Assembly (NCBI GenBank): GCA_047285305.1 | Contig: JBJBDL010000003.1 | Location: forward strand, 928,001 to 992,000 | Direction: 5' to 3' | Length of the DNA stretch: 64,000 nt | Origin: Synechococcus sp. | GTDB taxonomy: Bacteria > Cyanobacteriota > Cyanobacteriia > PCC-6307 > Cyanobiaceae | Part shown: positions 58,289 to 64,000 of the stretch, one piece after another | How positions within the stretch are numbered: the first letter of the stretch is position 1 | How the letters are laid out: each line of letters starts with the position of its first letter | Position numbers and translations under genes: made by a program | Notes under the pieces: generated by a model | Database searches by the model: none | The model's input: only the letters and a program-made list of their open reading frames with translations | What the model was told of the DNA's origin: nothing

Positions 58289-59785
58289 TTACCCGGTTGT
58301 TAAGGGCTTTTTCAGAGTCTCACCGGACTCTTGGTCAGTAAACGCCTGCTCAAACCGCATCCACAGCGCCTCGGGGTCTTCCCGGCCGACTGACACCCGG
58401 AGCAGATCAGCTGGCACACCGCATTGCTCCGCCCAGCTCAGTTCGTCGTAGTGGGCCAGCTGGGTGTAGGGGCACACCAGGCTGAAATCGGTGCCAAGGC
58501 TGGGGCCTTTGCTGATCCGAAGCGCGTCGTAAACCCGCTTGGAATGCTCTTGGCCTCCCTTCAGTTCAAACGAGAGCAGGCAGCCGTGGCCAGCTCCGCT
58601 CCGCATCAAGGCGCGGAAGTTGGGGCAGCTCTTCGGATGCAGCACCCGCTTCACAGCCGGATGCTCTTCGAGCCGTTCCGCCAGAAGCAGGGCGTTCGCA
58701 TCGAGTTGCGGCACCCGCTGGAGCACATCCCGGCTGGCGATCTCCAGGGCGATGGCATCGGCATCGCTGAGCGGGGCGATGGCTGGAACCGCCGCCAGCA
58801 GGGAGGCTGCCCAGGGCGACCGCGGGCTCACCAGCACACTGCCCGCCATCACATCACCGCGGCCAGCGAAGCTTTTGGTGAGTGAGGTGAAGATCAGATC
58901 GGCGAAGGGCAGGGCATTGAGGTTGATGCCGGTGCCGATCGTGTCATCGGCAATCACCGGAATGCCGCGGCTGCGGGCCAGGGCCGACACGCCGGGCAGA
59001 TCCATGCAGCGCAGCAGCGGATTGCTGGGCAGCTCTACAATCATGGCCGCCGGCTGGAGCTGATCAAGGGCCGCTTCCACCTCGGTGAGGCTCTGCGGTT
59101 GCAACAGCTCGCCACCGTGAAACACCACCTGCGGCTGCTTCAGCACATCCACATAGGGGAAGCCCAGTTGCAGCGTGGGCTTCCCCGGCCGCAGCGTCTG
59201 GATGGCACTGAGTGCCGCATGCAGCCCGGCCATTCCCGCTGGATGCAAGCTGATCTGCTTTGCGTCGACGCCATGGATGCCAGCCAAGCGCTTTCGAATC
59301 ACCTCGCGGGCCGCGTCGCCGGATGTGCGGCTGGGAGCCGTCTCCTTCCCCAGGGCGATGGCGGCCTGGCGGGAGGAGAGCCCCAGGCCGGTGTGCTGCC
59401 AGAACGCTTTGGCATGGGGGCTCGCCGCTGCATCACTGCGTAGGCAGATCACCCCAGCAATGGCGATCAGCTCCGAGCGGCTCTCCGGTGCCTTGCGTTC
59501 GCAGTGGGCCAGGGCTGCCAGGGCTGCCGCTTCGGTGGGGTAGGGCCAAACCGTGCTCCCTGCAAGCTCCGAAGGCTGAACCAGTTGTCGGATCAGCGGA
59601 TGCAGGCCGAAGCGGGGATAGATCGTCTGCAGGGCATCGCGGCAGGCCGGATCCTTCTCCTCGTAGGCGATCACATCGCGCCAGCGCGGCAGCGCCACAG
59701 ACACCGCATGTGGGGAGTCGGGCAGGGGATGGCCGAGATCAGAGCCCTGCCAGGCCGGATCGTTGAGCAGATTGCGGGGACTCAC
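58289..59785 (-). CDS. long-form cystathionine gamma-synthase-like PLP enzyme
   Basis: HAVSVALP, ELPSNPLL, SLTKSF, GPSLGT, RVSVG. Confidence 0.82.
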   Translation of the reverse strand: MSPRNLLNDPAWQGSDLGHPLPDSPHAVSVALPRWRDVIAYEEKDPACRDALQTIYPRFGLHPLIRQLVQPSELAGSTVWPYPTEAAALAALAHCERKAPESRSELIAIAGVICLRSDAAASPHAKAFWQHTGLGLSSRQAAIALGKETAPSRTSGDAAREVIRKRLAGIHGVDAKQISLHPAGMAGLHAALSAIQTLRPGKPTLQLGFPYVDVLKQPQVVFHGGELLQPQSLTEVEAALDQLQPAAMIVELPSNPLLRCMDLPGVSALARSRGIPVIADDTIGTGINLNALPFADLIFTSLTKSFAGRGDVMAGSVLVSPRSPWAASLLAAVPAIAPLSDADAIALEIASRDVLQRVPQLDANALLLAERLEEHPAVKRVLHPKSCPNFRALMRSGAGHGCLLSFELKGGQEHSKRVYDALRISKGPSLGTDFSLVCPYTQLAHYDELSWAEQCGVPADLLRVSVGREDPEALWMRFEQAFTDQESGETLKKPLTTG

Positions 59786-60924
59786 GCCAGCAGCTCCAGG
59801 GCCTGGTCCAGATCGGCCTGCAGATCGGCGAGGTCTTCGCAGCCCACGGAGAAGCGCACCAGGCCATCGTCGATGCCCAGTTTGGCCTTCACCTCAGCCG
59901 ACACCGAGGCGTGGGTCATGGTGGCGGGGTGGCAGATCAGGCTTTCGATGCCGCCCAGGCTTTCGGCCATGGTGAACCAGCGCAGCTGTTTGCAGAGGGC
60001 ATAGGTCTGCTCCTGGCTGGCGTTGAAGCTCACCGTCACGATGGCGCCACCGGCGCGCATCTGACGGGCTGCCACCTGATGCTGCGGATGATCACTGCGG
60101 TGGGGGTAACGCGCCCAGTTCACCTTGGCGTGCCCCGCCAGTTGATCGGCCAGGGCCGCGGCATTGGCCATCTGCTGCTTGAGCCGCAGCGGCAGGGTCT
60201 TGATGCCCCGCGTGATCAGCCAGCAATCAAAGGGGGAGGGCTGCAGGCCTAGGGCCTTCTGGGAGAACACCATCTTCTGCTGCCACTCGGGATCGTTGGT
60301 GCACACGGCTCCACCGAGGGCATCGGAGTGGCCGTTGATGTATTTAGTCGTGCTGGTGAGCGAGAGGGTGGCACCCAGTTCCAGAGGGCGCTGCACCAGG
60401 GCGGTGGCGAAGGTGTTGTCCACCACCACGGGGATGCCAAGGGGTTGGGTAATAGCGCAGACCGCCTCCAGGTCGATCACCTTGAGCAGAGGGTTGGTGG
60501 GGCTCTCCAGCCACACCATCGCCGGCTTCTGGGATTGGATCTGCTCCAGTGCGGCCGGCTGGGTGAAGTCCACCCAAGCGGTTTTCAAGCCGAACTTGGC
60601 GAACACCTGCTCGAACAGCCGCACGGTGCAGCCGTAGAGGTTCTCTTCGCAGAGCACCAGATCGCCCTGCTTCAGCTGGGAGACCACAGCGGTGATGGCG
60701 CTGACGCCGGAGGCGAAGACAGTTGCGTGGGCGCAGCCTTCAACCGAGGCGAGCACCCCATCAAGGATGCGGAAGTTGGGATTGCCGGACCGGGTGTAGT
60801 CGAACCCGCCGGTATTGCCATGGGCAAAGGTGCTGGTGGGGAAGATCGGCGGCATCACCGTGCCGGTGTCTCCCGCAAAGCTGTCGCCGTGGTGGATCAC
60901 CCGGGTGTTCAGGCCTGTGTTCAC
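59782..60924 (-). CDS. cystathionine gamma-synthase/beta-lyase (Cys/Met PLP family)
   Basis: YTRSGNP, ESPTNP, VDNTFAT, STTKYINGHSD, AESLGG. Confidence 0.9.
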   Translation of the reverse strand: MNTGLNTRVIHHGDSFAGDTGTVMPPIFPTSTFAHGNTGGFDYTRSGNPNFRILDGVLASVEGCAHATVFASGVSAITAVVSQLKQGDLVLCEENLYGCTVRLFEQVFAKFGLKTAWVDFTQPAALEQIQSQKPAMVWLESPTNPLLKVIDLEAVCAITQPLGIPVVVDNTFATALVQRPLELGATLSLTSTTKYINGHSDALGGAVCTNDPEWQQKMVFSQKALGLQPSPFDCWLITRGIKTLPLRLKQQMANAAALADQLAGHAKVNWARYPHRSDHPQHQVAARQMRAGGAIVTVSFNASQEQTYALCKQLRWFTMAESLGGIESLICHPATMTHASVSAEVKAKLGIDDGLVRFSVGCEDLADLQADLDQALELLA

Positions 60925-60975
60925 GGACGATCCATCGATTCGGACAGGCTAAGAAATCGCCTCTCCCTTCCCAAT

Positions 60976-61003
60976 AAAAAACCCTCGCCGTGTGACGAGG
61001 GTT
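60976..61003 (-). terminator. rho-independent terminator of psbDC
   Basis: minus strand AACCCTCG-tcacacgg-CGAGGG-TTTTTT. Confidence 0.8.
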
Positions 61004-61033
61004 GATGACGATCGTTTGGGTTGAACCGGTGGA

Positions 61034-62422
61034 TCAATCGAGGTCGGGCATGCCGAGCACAGGCTCAGCTTTGCGGTCGATGCCTTTCTCGAATCCAGCA
61101 GCAGCAGCGCGAGCGCGGCCGGCGTGCCAGAGGTGACCAACCAGGAAGAAGAAGGCGAGCACGAACTGAGTTGCACCCAGCCACTGGCGGAGGTTCACGT
61201 AGTTCACCGAGTTGGGCTCGGTGATGATGCCGCCCACGGAGTTGATCGAGGCGTTGGGAGCGTGGGTCATGTACTCAGCCGCACGGCGCACTTGCCATGG
61301 CTGAATGTCGTTCTGCAGCTTGTCGAGGCTGAGACCGTTGGGGCCACGCAGGGGCTCGAGCCAGGGACCGCGGAAGTCCCAGAAGCGCATGGTTTCACCT
61401 CCGAAGATGATTTCACCGGTGGGTGAGCGCATCAGGTACTTACCAAGGCCGGTGGGGCCCATGGCGGAACCGATGTTCGCGCCGAGGCGCTGGTCACGCA
61501 CCAGGAAGGTGAAACTCTGGGCCTGGGATGCCTCAGCGTTAGTGGGGCCCCAGAACTCGGAGGGATAGGCGGTGTTGTTGAACCAGATGTAGGCCGAAGC
61601 GATGAAGCTCATGAAGCTCAGAGCGCCAAGGCTGTAGCTCAGGTAGGCCTCACCGTTCCAGATAAATGCGCGACGCACCCAGCCGAAAGGCTTGGTGATG
61701 GCGTGCCAGATGCCACCGAAGATCAGGGTCAGACCCAGCCAGATGTGGCCACCGATGATGTCCTCCATGGAGTTCACACCGATGATCCAGCCCTCGCCGC
61801 CGAAGGGAGCGCGGAACAGATAGCCGAAGATCACGCCCGGATCGAGGGTCGGGTTGGTGATCATGCGGACGTCACCGCCGCCGGGGGCCCAGGTGTCGTA
61901 GACGCCGCCGAAGAACATGGCCTTGAAGACCAGCAGCAGACAGCCGACGCCCAGAAGAATCAAGTGATAACCAATGATGTTGGTCATCTGGTTCTTGTCA
62001 CGCCAGTCCTGGGAGAAGAAGGAGGAATAGTTCTCCAAGATCTCCGGACCACGCAGAGCGTGATAGAGGCCGCCGAGGCCGAGCACGGCGGAGCTGATCA
62101 GGTGCAGAACACCGACCACGAAGAAGGGGAAGAGATCAGTGACCTCACCGCCAGGGCCTACGCCGTAGCCAAGGGTGGCGACGTGAGGCATGCAGATGAA
62201 GCCCTGCTCATACATGGGCTTGTCGAAGGTGAAGTGGCTCACCTCGAACAGCATCATTGCGCCGGCCCAGAACACCATCAGACCAGCGTGGGCCACGTGG
62301 GCACCAAGCAGACGACCAGACAGGTTGATCAGGCGGGCGTTGCCAGACCACCAGGCATACCCGGTGGAGGGAAGGTCTTTGCCGCCAGTGGCGCCAAGAC
62401 CGGGATTAGAGAGCGTTACCAC
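61034..62422 (-). CDS. psbC: photosystem II CP43
   Basis: [10 protein letters not shown]...[11 protein letters not shown] start overlaps psbD by 17 nt. Confidence 0.98.
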   Translation of the reverse strand: MVTLSNPGLGATGGKDLPSTGYAWWSGNARLINLSGRLLGAHVAHAGLMVFWAGAMMLFEVSHFTFDKPMYEQGFICMPHVATLGYGVGPGGEVTDLFPFFVVGVLHLISSAVLGLGGLYHALRGPEILENYSSFFSQDWRDKNQMTNIIGYHLILLGVGCLLLVFKAMFFGGVYDTWAPGGGDVRMITNPTLDPGVIFGYLFRAPFGGEGWIIGVNSMEDIIGGHIWLGLTLIFGGIWHAITKPFGWVRRAFIWNGEAYLSYSLGALSFMSFIASAYIWFNNTAYPSEFWGPTNAEASQAQSFTFLVRDQRLGANIGSAMGPTGLGKYLMRSPTGEIIFGGETMRFWDFRGPWLEPLRGPNGLSLDKLQNDIQPWQVRRAAEYMTHAPNASINSVGGIITEPNSVNYVNLRQWLGATQFVLAFFFLVGHLWHAGRARAAAAGFEKGIDRKAEPVLGMPDLD

Positions 62423-63461
62423 GGGGCAGAACCTCTTCAGGGAAGACGAAGTTTTCGTGCGGCTGGTCAGCCGGTGCCATCCAGGCACGCAGACCTTCAT
62501 TTAGAAGGATGTTCTTGGTGTAGAAGGTCTCGAATTCGGGATCTTCTGCAGCGCGGATTTCCTGTGACACGAAGTCATAGGCGCGCAGGTTGAGGGCCAA
62601 GCCGATGATGCCGATGGAGCTGGTCCACAGGCCCATTACAGGCACGAACAGCATGAAGAAGTGCAGCCAGCGCTTGTTGGAGAAGGCGATACCGAAGATC
62701 TGACTCCAGAAGCGGTTGGCGGTGACCATCGAATAGGTCTCTTCTTCCTGGGTGGGCTCGAACGCCTTGAAGGTGTTGGCCTGCTCACCGTCCTCAAACA
62801 GGGTGTTTTCCACGGTGGCGCCGTGAATGGCGCAAAGCAGTGCACCGCCGAGGATGCCGGCGACGCCCATCATGTGGAAGGGGTTCAGGGTCCAGTTGTG
62901 GAAGCCCTGAAGGAAGAGAAGGAAGCGGAAGATCGCAGCCACACCGAAGGAGGGCGCGAAGAACCAGCTGCTCTGGCCGAGGGGATACATCAGGAAGACA
63001 CTGACGAACACCGCGATCGGTCCGGAGAAGGCGATGGCGTTGTAAGGGCGGATGCCGACCAGACGGGCGATCTCGAACTGACGGAGCATGAAGCCGATCA
63101 GTGCGAAGGCGCCGTGCAGGGCCACGAAGGCCCAGAGGCCACCGAGTTGACACCAGCGAACGAAGTCGCCCTGAGCTTCAGGGCCCCAGAGCAGCAGCAG
63201 GCTGTGACCCATCGCATCAGCGGGGGTTGACACAGCAGCGGTCAGGAAGTTGCAACCTTCCAGGTACGAAGAGGCAATGCCGTGGGTGTACCAGGAGGTA
63301 ACAAAGGTGGTGCCTGTCAGCCAGCCACCGATGGCCAAGTAGGCCGTTGGGAGGAGAAGAATGCCGGACCAGCCGACAAAAACGAAGCGGTCGCGCTTGA
63401 GCCAGTCATCGAGGACGTCAAACCATCCCCGCTGTGGCGCGCGTCCTACAGCGATCGTCAT
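62406..63461 (-). CDS. psbD: photosystem II D2
   Basis: [26 protein letters not shown]...[10 protein letters not shown], 351 aa. Confidence 0.99.
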   Translation of the reverse strand: MTIAVGRAPQRGWFDVLDDWLKRDRFVFVGWSGILLLPTAYLAIGGWLTGTTFVTSWYTHGIASSYLEGCNFLTAAVSTPADAMGHSLLLLWGPEAQGDFVRWCQLGGLWAFVALHGAFALIGFMLRQFEIARLVGIRPYNAIAFSGPIAVFVSVFLMYPLGQSSWFFAPSFGVAAIFRFLLFLQGFHNWTLNPFHMMGVAGILGGALLCAIHGATVENTLFEDGEQANTFKAFEPTQEEETYSMVTANRFWSQIFGIAFSNKRWLHFFMLFVPVMGLWTSSIGIIGLALNLRAYDFVSQEIRAAEDPEFETFYTKNILLNEGLRAWMAPADQPHENFVFPEEVLPRGNAL

Positions 63462-63550
63462 GAGAGGTGAACGGTGCGGAAAGCCGCAGGCTGTGGGATA
63501 CGCCGCGACCTTAACAATCTTCAAGCGACCTGCGGGGCTGATTTGCGTGA

Positions 63551-64000
<450 letters not shown>

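Noticed and set aside
62406..62422. psbD/psbC overlap and GTG start
   Set aside because: Well-known conserved arrangement

Overview
This window is core chromosome of a GC-rich marine picocyanobacterium (Synechococcus subcluster 5.1-like; inferred from the split rpoC1/rpoC2, psbD-psbC-ycf4, pipX-pipY and hli). In order: rpiA, hisD, rpsT, tatD, rpoB-rpoC1-rpoC2-hli-rlmN, an SSS permease, a HEAT/DUF2997/Ycf35/ferredoxin/AKR cluster, rsmG, a biotin cluster (bioF-esterase-bioC-bioD ... bioA), a BASS transporter, an AT-richer ~2.9 kb islet of microproteins (26.6-29.5 kb), a Ski2-like helicase, fumC, rfbACDB, dusB, der-ecfT-pipX-pipY-sepF-proC, cobI, mtnD, hpf-deoC-recO-MFS-GT4, lipB-aas-ylqD-pdhC-queA, cysK plus two transsulfuration enzymes, psbDC and partial ycf4. 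I saw no tRNA, rRNA, CRISPR, integrase or transposase. The most interesting parts are: (i) the microprotein islet, with several ORFs below the ORF-track cutoff, an NtcA-type box and an orphan terminator pointing to a possible anti-SD sRNA; (ii) two apparently decaying L,D-transpeptidase-like genes; (iii) two genes that seem to need non-canonical starts; (iv) a 41-aa membrane protein behind the SSS permease. Family assignments come from motif recognition and recall, not database searches.
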